The notes beneath the pieces were generated by a model that saw nothing but the letters and a program-made list of their open reading frames with translations, did not search any database and was not told the origin of the DNA. DNA of 64,000 nucleotides from Selaginella moellendorffii (taxonomy: Eukaryota > Plantae > Lycopodiophyta): NCBI RefSeq assembly GCF_000143415.4, contig NW_003314267.1:186001-250000 (forward strand), in the 5' to 3' direction. This document shows, piece by piece, positions 10,002 through 22,753 of this stretch; the stretch's first letter is position 1, and the number at the start of each line of letters is the position of its first letter. Made by a program: the position numbers and the translations under genes.

Positions 10002-13000
10002 GAGCTTGGCACCAAACGCAGTTACGCACATACCAGATAATATCACGTCGCATCTCCGGCCAATAGAAAGAACTGCATAGCTTCTCAATTATACGATGAT
10101 GTCCTATATGCCCACCTAGAACAGGAGAATCATGGTAGGCATGGAGAAACTGCGGAATAAAGATGGAAGGCACCACCAGCCATAAATGATCATCAGGATC
10201 TGTCCCCACAAAATAAAGAAGGCCATCTTCAAGACGATATTAAGAATGTAAATGCCGGAAAGGCGTGTTATCAACAAGTGATGCAGGATTCTCAAACCCA
10301 TCTTGAAGCCTTCAAATCCAGGGCTCAATCTTTTGAGCCTCGCGAACCTCATCAAGTGAAGGTAGATTTTGCTCTACACCTTGTGGACACTGAACGTCAA
10401 GTACAGCAACCGCCGACGGCACAGAATCCTCGTCTAGAAAATCCACAAATGCTGGAAAGACAGGCTCGTTAGAAACATGAGAAGAGAGTGAAGAAGGAAG
10501 AGGGGCTCTAGAAAGAGCATCAGCATCAGCCATAGAATTCCCTGGGAGGTGAACAACATCAAAATCATATATCTGAAGCTTCAAAGCCCACCGAGCCATA
10601 TGACCAACCAGGTTCTTCCGCTTTAATAACGAAGTAACAGTAGCATGGTCACCTTCAAGTAATGTCTGAGAACCATGCAGATATCCATGAAGTTTCTCAA
10701 AACCCCAGACTGCTGCTAAACACTCCTTCTCTATCATGGAGTAGTTCATCTCCGCTGGTTGCAATATACGGCTTATATATGCAATGGGATGGCACTAACC
10801 AAGTACACTCGAGCTCTCTTGCATTAACACACCTCCAAGACTAATATCAGAAGCATCCATGAGCAAAATAAAAGGTCGAGTGTAGTCAGGATATGCCAAA
10901 ACCGGAGGACTTGTCAATAACTCTTTGAGATCCCCGAACGCCCGCTCACAATTCGGAGACCAAATGAAAGATGACATTGATGACTTCAACAACGCTCGCA
11001 ATGGTGCAGTGCGATCAGAAAGATGATCCACAAAACACCCGAGATACTGCACCTTGCCCAAGAAGCACTACACATCATTCACACTTCGGAGTAGGGAACT
11101 TTAGAACAGCCATAAGTTTGTTAGGATCAACTTGCAAACCCTCACGAGAAATATGGTACCCAAGATAAGTTGTGTCCTTGGATCCAAACACGCACTTCGA
11201 CCGCTTCATCTTTAAACCAACGTTGCGTAGCCGATCCAACACTTTACAAACATCATGAATATGCTCCTCCCGTGTCCCCTTCGAGTGGATCAAGACATCA
11301 TCAATGAAGTTAGTAGTCACCTCCGGCATATCGCAAAGAACCTTGTCCATCATCCGTTGAAAAGTTGCTAGAGCATTGTTCAAACCAAGAACTCATACAA
11401 ACCAAATGGTGTACGAAAAACAGTCTTAGGAATATCTTCTTCGGCCATCGGTACTTGCCAGTACCCAGAAGCAAGATCTAGCTTGGTGAACCAACGACTT
11501 CGCCCTAGACGATCTAAGAGATCAGCAGTGTGAGGAAGAGGGTACACATCTGGGATCGTTACGTCGTTTAACGGACGATAGTCGATGTAGAAATGAATAC
11601 TCCCATCAGGCTTCGTCACAAAATGAGGTTCACATGCCCAAGGACTCCGCGACTTCCAAATAACACCCTTCTCCAACATCTCTTTGACATTTACACGTAA
11701 AATCTTGATCTCCTTTGGTGACTGACAACGAACAGGAACCTTGATTGGACGAGTATCCCCAGTTGGAATCGGATGACGTGTGGCAATCTTGGCTCCAGAT
11801 GATAGGTCAAAGTCAAAGAGATCAGGATACTCCTTCATGAGCCGGTCAACTACTGCAACACAAAAATCGTCGGAGGGACCGGAAAAGGGAAAAGCAGAAC
11901 AAGATGGAAACACAGGAGGAAATAGTGGGGGAATAAAAGTAATGGAAGCAGAGGTAGAAGTAGAAGGACGAAAAGGTACGAAAGTGAGAGGAATGGATGA
12001 AACATAAGGAAGTATGAGACAAGGGGGAGAAGCCTCAAAATCACATTTGGCATGATTGTGCTGCAACCAATCCATACCAAGAATGAGGTCAAAAACTTAA
12101 GGCAGACCTGGTTATGCGTGTGGGCAATCTCGAGCTTGAGTTGCAATCATTGCGGGTGGTGCCGGAGGTGTACACCACCCGGCACATGCATGTGTACGGC
12201 CATTGCCATAAAGAATGAAAACTAGTTACGCTGCATGACGCAAGTGGAGATGATAACATGTGGCAATAGGTCGAGCAATAGAAGATAAACTCGAACCTGT
12301 ATCAACCAACACAGAGAGAATAATAGGAGACCTCTTGTTATAAAGAAAGTAAACACTAGATGAACTAGTGCCAAGTGAACTCCTTGATGATAATCTCGAA
12401 AGAAAGATGGAAGGGTCACTGACTTATTCGCGCAAGGTCCCTCCATTACTCGCGCAACTCCTCATTTCCCGGATGCATTTCGGTGTCCAAACCTTCCATT
12501 GCAGCAGCACCAATGGGAGGTTGCTGGCGCAAAGGTCTCCACCCAGGAAATGGAGGTCGCTAATCTGGAAAATGCCGATAACGCCGATAAGTATGACCAA
12601 CTTCATCACATGCCCAGCAGAGAACATCACGGCCACGACCACGTCCTCGCCCTTAACCTTGGACTCGAGCAGCAACAACATCAACCTCCATTGGAACAGG
12701 ACCATCACCCATAGGAAGTGGAGCTGAAGGATGTGTAGCGAGAAGTGGAAGAGGCGACGTCTCATAACGTTGTGCCAAGTGAAGAGCATCGTCAAGGGTG
12801 GCGAGAGCAAGTGCATGCACAAGTCCGACAAGATCTTGAAGAAGTGCTGGCCACAACATTCCTAGCTTGATCCGCTCCGACATATGTGGCTCCGCACGAA
12901 GCAAAAGACTTCGGAAACGAACACCAAATTGCATCACTGACTCAGATGGCCCTTGGCAAAGATGATGCAATTGTTGGAAAGCATCATCACAGTCATCGGC

Positions 13001-13387
13001 ATGTCCAAAGGCACGTTTGAAGACATCCGGAAGAACACTCCAATCCCTGCGAGTGGCTGCTCCCAAACCGTTGTACCACTGCAATGGCGTCCCTTGACAC
13101 GTGGGAAACTCATGCAAACGTCGAGCATCATCCTAAGAATGATATGTGGCAATCACCGTAAAGTGATCAAACTAATGGTACACATCATCCCCAAGATTCC
13201 CATGAAAGAACTCCGGCCGGACGTGAAGATTGGCACCAAGAGCAGGAGGAGTTGTACCACGTGCCGTGAACGCTGCCATCAACTGAGTTTGGTTGTTCAA
13301 TTGCAAGCGCATAGCATCAAGCAATTATACCAACTATTGCTTCAGAGTCAAAGGAGGAGATTGTTGATCTGCCATGGAGACAAATGA
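10002..13387 (-). pseudogene. gag-PR-RT-RNaseH-integrase Zn finger of outer gypsy element, fragmented
   Basis: Gag (LHHLCQGPSESVMQF, GPVPMEVD), RT (KLDLASGYWQ, NFIDD), RNase H (MDASDI, EKECLA, DADALSR), HHCC (HDSPVLGGH..CVWC); many stops and frameshifts. Confidence 0.9.
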
Positions 13388-13608
13388 AAAAGAAAGAGCA
13401 AAAGAAAAGAAATGACAAAAAGCTAGAAGGAAATGGTATATCTAGACAATGCAAAAAGCTAGATCTAAACCAAAATCCTGAAAGGAAAGAACAAAAAAAT
13501 GAAAATGGAAAAAGCTAGATCTAGACAATGCAAAAGCTAGATATAAACTGAAATCCCAAATCCAAGCACTCCCCAGGGACAATCAAAGGTGCCTCTCACT
13601 TCCACCAA

Positions 13609-13783
13609 TGTGAGTGCATGGAATATAGAAAGGGAATACAGAAATGTGCATATCAATTAGTCCAAAAACCCTAGCTTATATACAAGAGTGAGTGGTCCGG
13701 ATTAAAACCAATCCGACGGCTACCAAAATCCCACTACACTAATATTAGTATACGGCATTGTAGCCGTACACTTGGCCCTCACA
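13609..13783 (-). repeat. 5' LTR of outer gypsy element
   Basis: TG...CA, 175 bp, matches the split left LTR. Confidence 0.93.
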
Positions 13784-14200
13784 CTGTCAATTTATAAGCT
13801 CTCCAAATGGTAAATATATTTTATTGGTAAGTTCAAATTGCAAGCTTTCTCTTTATTCTGAAAAATATCTTTTATGGATTTCAGATAACAAAAATGAATT
13901 TTATGGTTTATGTATATTAATTCTACAAAATAATGACAATCTTGTATCAGAAAATAAAATAACAATTTGATCTATAAAAAAATATTGTGGTAGCAAATGA
14001 GATTTGGTTGCTCAAGCCATGATTTCTAGCAATTATAGAAACCGGGTTTAGAATGGCAGTCTGTGGCTGGGAAACGATCATCCTTATGCTCCCCCTCAAG
14101 CTAGTTCTCCTGTCAGATGGCAAGAAATCTACTGTAAGAAACTATAATCAATTTTTGAATGTCTTTGATCATTTATTAGAAAGAAAGGGAATACAACGTT

Positions 14201-15742
14201 TCAGTTGCAACTGTAACCCTCAGGTTTGTACCACTGTGAAAAATCTAAGCCTTGGTTGACCAAACTTTTTGTTGCAGGAGATATTCTGTCCAATAGCTGC
14301 AACCAAAAATTAATCAATAAACTAGAATATTTGCAACTACTCACTTTGGGATGTATTACACCGTTTGAAACTAACACTGAGCGATCAAAAACCGAAAACT
14401 CCCCACCATCCATTTTAGTTACTTTCCCTCCTGCTTCCTCAACCATCTGCAAACAATAAAGTTAAGCTATGGAGTTAATGCCAAGGCTAGAACTCCTCAC
14501 CAGGACCCCAGCTGCCATATCCCAAGGTTTCAGTCGGTATTCCCAATACGCTTCTACAATGCCGAGGGAAACATGGCACATATCAACTGCGGCAGCTCCC
14601 AGGCGACGAACACCCTGTGTACAGTATTAGTAAGACCAAAAAGAAAATTAGAAAAAGCATTACCCTGCTAACATCCGTGAAATCTTTGAAAAGCGAGATG
14701 TTTGTAGCCCATGCTTCGTCATGGTCGTATCCAAACCCGGTAACTAATAGCGACCTTTCCACCTGGTTCGAGAAGCTCTTGTAAGACACAAGAAAGGTGT
14801 CGCAGCCACACTCACTTGATCAGTGTTACTGACGGAAATGGGATTGCCTTCGCAAAAGGCTCCTCCCCCTGTAAGTTTAGCGTGACTTCAGCAAATGAAA
14901 TGATATCGCAGCTTTGCCTGAAGATGAGGTGAAAGTGCGTGTGACCCAGCAGAACGGTCCTCCCGCGAATTCCACCTACAGTCGGTCCAAATCACGCGAG
15001 TAAACATGGGAGAAAAAAAGAAAGTCGTAAGTGTTACATACCACTGTTGCAGCTGCTGGTCTTCCTTTGTAAAGGACTGCAACCGAAACAGCAAAACTGG
15101 GATATCCGTGAGCAAAATTCGTCGTTCCATCTACAAAAATTCAAGCTTTCAAGGAAAATCGAAGCGAACCATCCAACTTACCAAGAGGATCGACACACCA
15201 GAGGTAATCAGAGGATGAGTTTCCAATCACACCACCCTCTTCACCCAATATCAAGTGGTCAGGAAACCTTCGCTGGATTTCTTGAAGCACAGCAAGCTCG
15301 CATTTTTTGTCCGTGCTGGAATGAGCGTCAATCAAGGAAGAGAGAAAGAAAGACATCGAGTCGACATACTCGGTCACAAGATCCGTTGCTCCTTTGTAAT
15401 CGATTCTGCGCGGCTTGTCCAATGCATCGAGCACAACCTGGCCTCAAAAAGACAATCCATGGCTGAGAATGAGGACAATTCCCTACCGATCGACACCTGA
15501 GAGCCAAGCTTCGCTGCCGCCTCGGCACCGGCTAGAAGCTCCTCGAACGGCAGGGACCCCGATCTGGCAGCTCCAATGCGCGAATTCAAGACGCCAGTGC
15601 TGCGGCTGGCAGTGATGGCGCTGCAATGGCGCCGCGTTCCAGATCTCCCGGCGCCGCTCCTCTGCGCTGGGAGGCGCGAGGAGTGCTGCCTCGCAAAGCA
15701 TTCGCCAATGGCGCTAGCCCTAAATCGCAGAGGAGTGGCCAT
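14201..15742 (-). CDS. IMPL1: Chloroplast inositol monophosphatase-like 1 (multi-exon)
   Basis: Transit-peptide-like N-terminus; exons give YKGATDLVTE, ILGEEG, WCVDPLDGTTNFAHG, VRRLGAAAVDMC, KPWDMAAG; short GT-AG introns. Confidence 0.92.
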
Positions 15743-16235
15743 TGGACGATAGTAAAGAGCTCCTTCCCGCTGTCAAGAGAACACGTGTTATTTGCGCTAA
15801 TGGAGCAATTAGGTAGAGGGAGCGTTCAAACAATATTCCCAGGGTTTTGAGGTTTCCATTCTTCTAGATCTGGCCGGAGCAGCGAAGAGATCTCCCTAGA
15901 TCGATGGGAATCCGTCCGGCATTGAGTGAATCGTCGATCGCGAGCGGCTGAGGAGCTGATCTATCCGCCCGGCGATTCCTTCCAGGTTTTTGTCTGATCG
16001 TTTTTACGCTACATTTCGCGAGAGAGCGCTCGCTCGAGATGTTAGCGCGAATCGAAGGCATCAATTCTTCTGCTCGATGAGAAAACTTCCCGGGATTTCA
16101 AATCGGCTTGCGCGGCATAGCACTGATTCTCCAGGTTTGTGAGCTACTTCTAGAATTTCCCTCTCCTGACTAACTAGTGCCATGGCCAGACCGTAAGGAA
16201 ACTCTTACCGTGTGAGAGGAAAATCAACGATAGCA

Positions 16236-17813
16236 ATGAAGCACATCCACGTTTTTTCTCTGGAGATGATCCAGAGGATTGCCAGTAGCACCATTTCCAT
16301 GGCGGCGGTGGTCACTTTAGCGCTGCTCCTCACGCTTCTCGCCATTGGGTATCAACCACCGGATCCAGTGTTCCAGGCCTCGAAGGTGATGGACCAAGTT
16401 GTCTCCACGCTGAGAAACGCTACGTTTGAGAAGGAGGACACGGTTCTCGTCACAGGCGAAGACATCCTAGCTCCAGTTCCTTCTCAAGCACCGGCAGAAA
16501 TCCTTGGGCCAGCGCTGGAGAAGAACTTGAGCGTCAGCGTTGGAGTTTGTGATCCCGGGACGACGTTTATCAACTGCTCCGACCCAGATGTTTTGGTCGC
16601 GATCCAGTTGGCTAACAAGAAGAAGTTCCCCGACATGGGAGTGTTCCAGTATGGAGTTCCTGTTCGAGGCTCGAAGGATTCGGCGTGCGACATAGCCTGG
16701 AGGTTCAAACCCAGGCATGAGAAGTCTTTGCGGATGTACAGGGATTACAGGGAGTACAAGCTGCTCGTCAACACATCGTGCGACTACGTTGTCGAGAAGA
16801 TTGGCGGATGGCACTCGGGAAAAAATGCTTTCTTCCAGAGGGATTTCGTCAATGACTCGATATATAACAGGTCATTCAACACATTCTGGAGCAGCAAGTA
16901 TTTATACTACTCTCGGGGTGGCGACTACTGCAAGAGCATGAACCAGTATATGTGGAGCTTTTTGTGCGCTCTAGGCGAGGCTCGGTATCTCAACAGGACA
17001 CTCGTGGTGGATCTAGAGATGTGCCTCGAGGGCAGCTACAGTCCCGATCTCAAGCCGCAGGAAGGAAAAGATTTTCGGCTTTACTTCGACTACGAGCACT
17101 TGCAGAAGAAAGCTGCTGTAGTCGAGCAGAAGCAGTTCCTAAAAAGGTGGCTGAACTGGAACAAGAAGCATCCGCAGCACCCCCTGAGCTACAGGGTGGT
17201 GGAGGATTTTAACGTCACTCCGATGCACTTACGCAGCTTTGAGAACACTATACTCTGGAGAAAATTCGAGCAGCCCGAGCCAAACAACTACTGGTATCGA
17301 GTTTGTGAAGGGGAGCCAGAGAAAGTTATCCACAGGCCGTGGGATCTCCTGTGGAAATCCAAGCGGCTGATGAACATGGTCAACTCAATCTGCGGGGAAA
17401 TGGAATGGGACTTCGATGCTGTTCACGTTGTCAGAGGAAAAAAAGCCGAGGACAAGGAGCGGTGGCCGAACTTGGACAGGGATACAATGCCGGAGGCGAT
17501 AATGGAGAAGCTAGAAAAGGAAGTAGAGGAGGGCCGGACTTTGTATATAGCCACCAACGAGAGGCTCGAAGGCTACTTCGATAAGCTGCGGGCCAAGTAC
17601 CGAGTACACTTACTCAGCGATTTTAAGAGCCTTTGGGGTCCGCACAGCCTTTGGTACAACCAAACAATGCTTCTCACAAGGAACAAGCGAGTGGAGTTCG
17701 ATGGCTACATGAGAGCGGAGGTGGACTCGGAGGTTTTTCTACGTGCAAAGAAGCGCATTGAGACGTTTGGGCATTTGACGAGCGACTGCAAAGATGGTGT
17801 CAACACTTGTTAG
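16236..17813 (+). CDS. SUB1-like (SHORT UNDER BLUE LIGHT 1 family) membrane-anchored protein, putative O-fucosyltransferase-like; start uncertain
   Basis: N-terminal TM segment; KYLYYSRGGDYCKSMNQYMWSFLCALGEA..EGKDFRLYFDYEHL, WDFDAVHVVRG, LTSDCKDGVNTC; intronless ORF. Confidence 0.82.
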   Translation: MKHIHVFSLEMIQRIASSTISMAAVVTLALLLTLLAIGYQPPDPVFQASKVMDQVVSTLRNATFEKEDTVLVTGEDILAPVPSQAPAEILGPALEKNLSVSVGVCDPGTTFINCSDPDVLVAIQLANKKKFPDMGVFQYGVPVRGSKDSACDIAWRFKPRHEKSLRMYRDYREYKLLVNTSCDYVVEKIGGWHSGKNAFFQRDFVNDSIYNRSFNTFWSSKYLYYSRGGDYCKSMNQYMWSFLCALGEARYLNRTLVVDLEMCLEGSYSPDLKPQEGKDFRLYFDYEHLQKKAAVVEQKQFLKRWLNWNKKHPQHPLSYRVVEDFNVTPMHLRSFENTILWRKFEQPEPNNYWYRVCEGEPEKVIHRPWDLLWKSKRLMNMVNSICGEMEWDFDAVHVVRGKKAEDKERWPNLDRDTMPEAIMEKLEKEVEEGRTLYIATNERLEGYFDKLRAKYRVHLLSDFKSLWGPHSLWYNQTMLLTRNKRVEFDGYMRAEVDSEVFLRAKKRIETFGHLTSDCKDGVNTC

Positions 17814-18196
17814 GCTCCGCTACTAAGACTACTGCGAGGTACATACTTCCCTTCTGTATTTGCGTGTATGCTTGCAGCGTGTCTTCACGTTCTTCTGCAA
17901 TGCATGTCATTTCAAGCAGTCACGTCTTGTTCATGCTAGAAAATCGGTTCGGCGGTTTTAATTCTGGACGGATGTATCTATTAATATCTTGACATCCTTC
18001 GAGGATCACTGATTGTTTTGAGGAGGATAAAGAGTTCGGAGATTCGGTGATAGTCAGACTTTCTTTGTTACCGATGAGGCGACTTGGAAGTGCAGTGAGC
18101 TCTGCGTTGTCAAACTGGGTAAGTGATATATCCAAGTTTTCGTTTTCGAAGTTTGTATTGCAGGAAAGCATCTCGTCGCCAATCGCTCCCGACAGA

Positions 18197-20098
18197 ATGG
18201 CTATCATGGAAAGGTATAGAAGCAGGCGGACACCAGAGGAATGCGCATTGCAGACACCGTTCAACGAGAATGTTCGTCCTTTACTGGATGCTGTCGACAC
18301 GCTGAGGCAGCTCTCCGTCGCGGAGGAAGGTATCAAGCTTCCAACTATAGTTGTTGTCGGGGACCAGTCGAGTGGCAAGAGCAGCGTCCTGGAGTCACTC
18401 GCTCAGGTGGACTTACCTCGCGGCCAAGGCGTCGTGACGCGAGTGCCTCTAGTCCTGCGGCTTCAAAATACCTCCGGCACTGATCAGTCTCACCAGGTAG
18501 TTATTCAGTACGGTGGGAAGAAGCGGGTTATCGAGGAAGCTGAGATCTCTGCGGCAGTTGTGGAAGCTACTATCGAGCTTGCCGGAGACAAGCACATTGT
18601 CAACAAGCCGATATCGCTGCACATAACCAAGCCGGGTGCTCCTGACTTGACAATGATCGATCTTCCTGGCATCACCAGAGTTCCCGTCCATGGCCAACCC
18701 GAGGACATCCAGGAGCAGATAAAGAAGATCATACAGGAATACATTTCTCCGAAGGAAACAATTATCCTCAACGTCATCTGCTCGACGGTGGATTTCCCAA
18801 CTTGCGAATCGATTCTCATGTCAAGGCAGGTTGACAGGGAGGGTGAAAGGACTATGGCCGTCGTCACCAAAGTGGATATGTCGCCGAAGGATTTGAAGGA
18901 GAAGGTGATGGCGGACGTAGTCGGCATCGGCTTGGGATACATATGTGTCCGAAACAGGATAGGTGATGAAACTCATGAGGAAGGCAGAGACAAGGAAGCC
19001 GAGCTCTTTCGGACTGATCCTCATCTCAGAGACTTACCCGAGAGCATGCTGGGCATCCGTCAACTTGCGAAGCGGTTGACAGAGTTCCAAGCCGATAGCT
19101 TGCGGAAGAACTTACCGAAACTCGTGGGGAACATCCGGAGTGCACTGACCGCCGTGAGGAGAGACCTGGATGCTCTCCCTCAGCGCGTAGCAGACTCCGA
19201 GTCGGCGCTGCCTCTGGCCATGGACTGCTACCAGAGCATCCGGAGGTCACTCGAGAGGCTTCTCGCTGGTGATTCTCTACCCGAGTTTCCCGACGACAAG
19301 CAGATGAACTACGCTGCTCGGCTCCACGAGTATTTCGTCAAGCTCTCCAGCCAGATCCGTTCTAATGGAGACGAAGACTCTTCAAGCTCCGGGTCACAGG
19401 GAAAGCTGGAGGAGCTCCTTCACGAGGCCAAAGGCGTGACGCTGCCAAACATTCTCCAGTCATCGGTGCTCAAGCAAATGGTGGCCTACAACGTGAAGGA
19501 GTTCCATGAGCCGAGCATTGCCACGGTTGACGAGGTTCACAACTACGCAGCCCAGGTGGTGATGCCAGTGATCAGCAAGAAAACCGAGGGGTACCCGAAG
19601 CTCCAGGCACTGCTCAAGAAGAACATGCAAGGCGTGCTCGAAAAATCCCAGTCGGCGTGCAAGGAGTTCGTCCAGGACAAGCTCGAGAAGGAGACCACCA
19701 TCACCTTCACTCTCAATCCAAAGTACATGGAGCTGGTCGAGAAGAAGCAGCTCTTGGCGGTATCGGAGATGGATTCTTGCGAGTTGTCCAAGAACAGGAT
19801 GTACTCCAAATCCTCCAGCTCTACGATGAGGGAGATGAAGAACAGCTTGGATTCGTACATGGAGGTGATCAAGAACAGGATTTGCGACGAGGTTCCAATG
19901 CATCTGCGGTACTCGCTGGACAAGTCGCTGATCGAGGAGTTTGAGACGGTGGTGATGAAGAGCTTTGCGTCGCGGGACAAGTCGATGGAGCTCATGGCCG
20001 AGGACACGCATCTCCAGTACAAGCGAGAGAGGCTCCAGAAGAAGCTGGAAGTTCTCGAGGAGTCGAATCGCACAATCCTAGCAGCGACCACGATCTGA
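18197..20098 (+). CDS. DRP4C: Dynamin-related protein 4C-like (Mx-like GTPase), intronless; alternative upstream ATG at 18074
   Basis: GDQSSGKSS, TRVP, DLPG, TKVD GTPase motifs, followed by middle domain and GED. Confidence 0.9.
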   Translation: MAIMERYRSRRTPEECALQTPFNENVRPLLDAVDTLRQLSVAEEGIKLPTIVVVGDQSSGKSSVLESLAQVDLPRGQGVVTRVPLVLRLQNTSGTDQSHQVVIQYGGKKRVIEEAEISAAVVEATIELAGDKHIVNKPISLHITKPGAPDLTMIDLPGITRVPVHGQPEDIQEQIKKIIQEYISPKETIILNVICSTVDFPTCESILMSRQVDREGERTMAVVTKVDMSPKDLKEKVMADVVGIGLGYICVRNRIGDETHEEGRDKEAELFRTDPHLRDLPESMLGIRQLAKRLTEFQADSLRKNLPKLVGNIRSALTAVRRDLDALPQRVADSESALPLAMDCYQSIRRSLERLLAGDSLPEFPDDKQMNYAARLHEYFVKLSSQIRSNGDEDSSSSGSQGKLEELLHEAKGVTLPNILQSSVLKQMVAYNVKEFHEPSIATVDEVHNYAAQVVMPVISKKTEGYPKLQALLKKNMQGVLEKSQSACKEFVQDKLEKETTITFTLNPKYMELVEKKQLLAVSEMDSCELSKNRMYSKSSSSTMREMKNSLDSYMEVIKNRICDEVPMHLRYSLDKSLIEEFETVVMKSFASRDKSMELMAEDTHLQYKRERLQKKLEVLEESNRTILAATTI

Positions 20099-22753
20099 TT
20101 CGATCGCCACAGAGAAAGGAAACACGAATCTATGTGCTTTACTAAAGGGTTTTAAAACATGTAAGGGTTTAAAGAAGAAGGTCTAGGGTAAGCGTCTTGC
20201 GCCTTCGATCTCTAGGAGCTGCCGCGATGGACTCCGCTTGATCGCCAGCACCTGTCTGCAAGCGTAGCGATCAAACCAAGCGCATCGATCGAAGGAATCG
20301 CAGGAGAAATCGGGCAGAGCTTGGGGTAAGCGGCATTGTCTTGCTTGGCGTGTAATCGTAGCCGTGATTCCCAGCACTTCTAGACATCTAGGTCCTTAAG
20401 TGATTCTCACTGTGATCGAGTTCTTCGTTTCTAGATCAAACGATCGTCAGCTTCTCGTTATCGACGAAAACACTCATGTTTTCCTTGTTTGAGGTGTTCT
20501 TGTGCTTCATTTCGCGGTGGATCGGCCTATCATGTTTCGTCTTTGCTCTCTTCAGGAAAGCCGGGGCAAACCAAAAGGCAAGAAGCTCTTGTTTTTATGC
20601 TCTCGCTAACGTTTTGCTCACAGGTACCTTTGACTAGTGGCATGCCTTTCCAATAGCGAAGGTTGTTTCTACAGGGGTAGCGTTTTAAATCTTCTTAGAG
20701 CCGCCGTCTTCTCGGTCTTTACCTTGGAGCGCTATGCCGGTCTAAAACAAATCTGTCTTTTTCAACTTCTTGCTCAAGAGGTTTGCTTTTGTTTTGATCT
20801 CAGGTGGCAGCGATTCTCGGGGCATTGGAGACCATGGAATCGCATATTAGCAAATGAAACAGCCAAGCTTGTAAGACATCTGTTTTTTTATGACAGTTTG
20901 TTTCTCTCTTTTGGCTTACTTAACCGATAATGTTCCGAAAGCACTTCTTTTTCTGTCCAGTGCGCGCGATGACGTTCGAGTGCAGGGCCACCAATTCACT
21001 GGCGTTTGCAACGGTGAGACTTCTGTAGTCACTCGTTTTGTTTTTTTTTTCGTGGAGCTAAACGTTAGCTGTGCTTGTGAACAGTGCCAGTCAGGAGCGC
21101 TTGGTGGTAATGGTACCAAGTCACCTTATCTATTCAAGGGCGCTCAAGCTTTTGGTGGTTTGGTGGGCGCTACACGTCTGGATTAAAGGCGAGAGCGGTG
21201 GTCTTATATTCCAGGTGGATATCTTTTTCACTTAGCCCGTAGAGTCTACTGCTGGTCGGTGTACAGGATGGTCGGACTCCATTGGATTGGATTGGATCGG
21301 TTGGGTGTGGCTTTTGGCAGAGAGTGTCAAATGAGTTTCTCATGGATGGTAGCGGAACACGTAGATGGTTGTGAATCTTTTGTTCAACGTGTGGCTGTCC
21401 AGTGGCTTAGATTCTGTTGCTTGTTTTCTCGGCAAAGAGAGGAGTCCCTTTTACGGCGAGAGATTGTAACGTGCTTTTATGAGCTTTTTCTTTCCATTTC
21501 TCATCGTCTTCCTACCTTTTGCAGGGCCGATTGAGACCGCCATCTGTTACTAAGCAAGCAGTAAGTCGCTCCTCCCTGTTGAGACGCAAAGCGAGGGGGA
21601 GAGGCTAATTGTGTTTTCTCGCAGAGACGCGGACGTTGTTCCATCGGTTGCGGAGTTATGTACAAGGGCCAGTCCCCATGACAGCTGCAGGCAAGCTGCA
21701 GGCACGTATATTTCTTGGTTTGTAAGCTTGCGGTTTTTTGTGAAACGTGCTTTCTGTGCTGTGGGGGCAGGATGGTCAAGGGTGTAAATGCAATGTCTCC
21801 GTCGCTGTCCACGGGAGTACCAAATGCATATTCCAGCTTTGTGTAAATCTAGCTTTCGTGGTGAGATTTCACCGCTTCTGGTTGGTTTTCTTCTCATCTT
21901 TGTCCGTAATGTAGCAGCACGCAGACTGTTCCTTCTGTATTCCAGGAAAAGACAAAGACAAGCCTTCTGTTTGGGTAAGTTGTGCCTTTGTTCGTTGAAA
22001 GCTGGCATTTGTGATCACTGAAAATTCGCAGCGCTTGATACGTAACATCTGATATGATACAACTTGGCGAAGACAAGTCAAAAAACGAATGGTGGGTTTC
22101 CTCGTCTATGTTTAGAAAGAAAGCGGTGGCTTAACCTTTCCGTCACATACAGATGGATGGCTCATTGCAGCCAGTGAACTTGAGACGACATCTTTGCAAG
22201 GTGATCTTAGGAGAACAAAAAAAATCCGTACACTCCTCTTTCCTTTTTTTTTATTTACGGGGTTTTTGTGCTGTAGATTGCTTTGTAGATCTAAAAGGGA
22301 GGAGGGAGGAGGAAAAGAGCTCTTTTCCGGTAGCCTTCTATCCCCTCCGCCCAAAAGATGCCATTCTAGAGGCTATCAATTCAAGGGTCTACATCCACCA
22401 CAGAGAAGAGAGAGAGGGCTGGAAGAAAGAGAGATATCAAGGCCAGCAGCGTGGAATCAGGTGGGCAACAGCATTCTCCTCTTTTCGCCTCCACCGTATT
22501 CTCATGTGCCTGTGATCCGTGCCTCTTCTCCAGTTGTGCCGTGGTTCTTGGGTTTTCTGCATTGCTGATTGTTTTTCCGTCTTGTGACAGGAAAGCATTG
22601 CTATCGCTATGAGTAGCTTGTTATGAACAGCGAGTTGAGGCTCCAGCGGCGAGATCTTCTCTTTTATGGGTATGGCAGCCGCTCTTCATTTTCCCTCCCG
22701 CCTCGTTCTTCTCAGCAGAAGTCCTTGTAAAGAGGCTTCTCTTTCCGGCTCGA

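Larger units (their letters stand above)
1532..13783 (-). mobile_element. Decayed Ty3/gypsy LTR retrotransposon (non-chromoviral, ~5 kb without nested inserts), outer element of a nest
   Basis: 175-bp LTRs TGTGAGTGC...GCCCTCACA at 13609-13783 and, interrupted, at 1532-1576 + 3234-3363 (7 transitions). PBS-like TGGTGGAAGTGAGAGG follows the 5' LTR on the minus strand and PPT GAGAGGAGGGGATGA abuts the 3' LTR. Order is gag-PR-RT-RH-INT with no chromodomain. Flanks CTAT/CTGT may be a 4-bp TSD with one mismatch. Confidence 0.93.
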
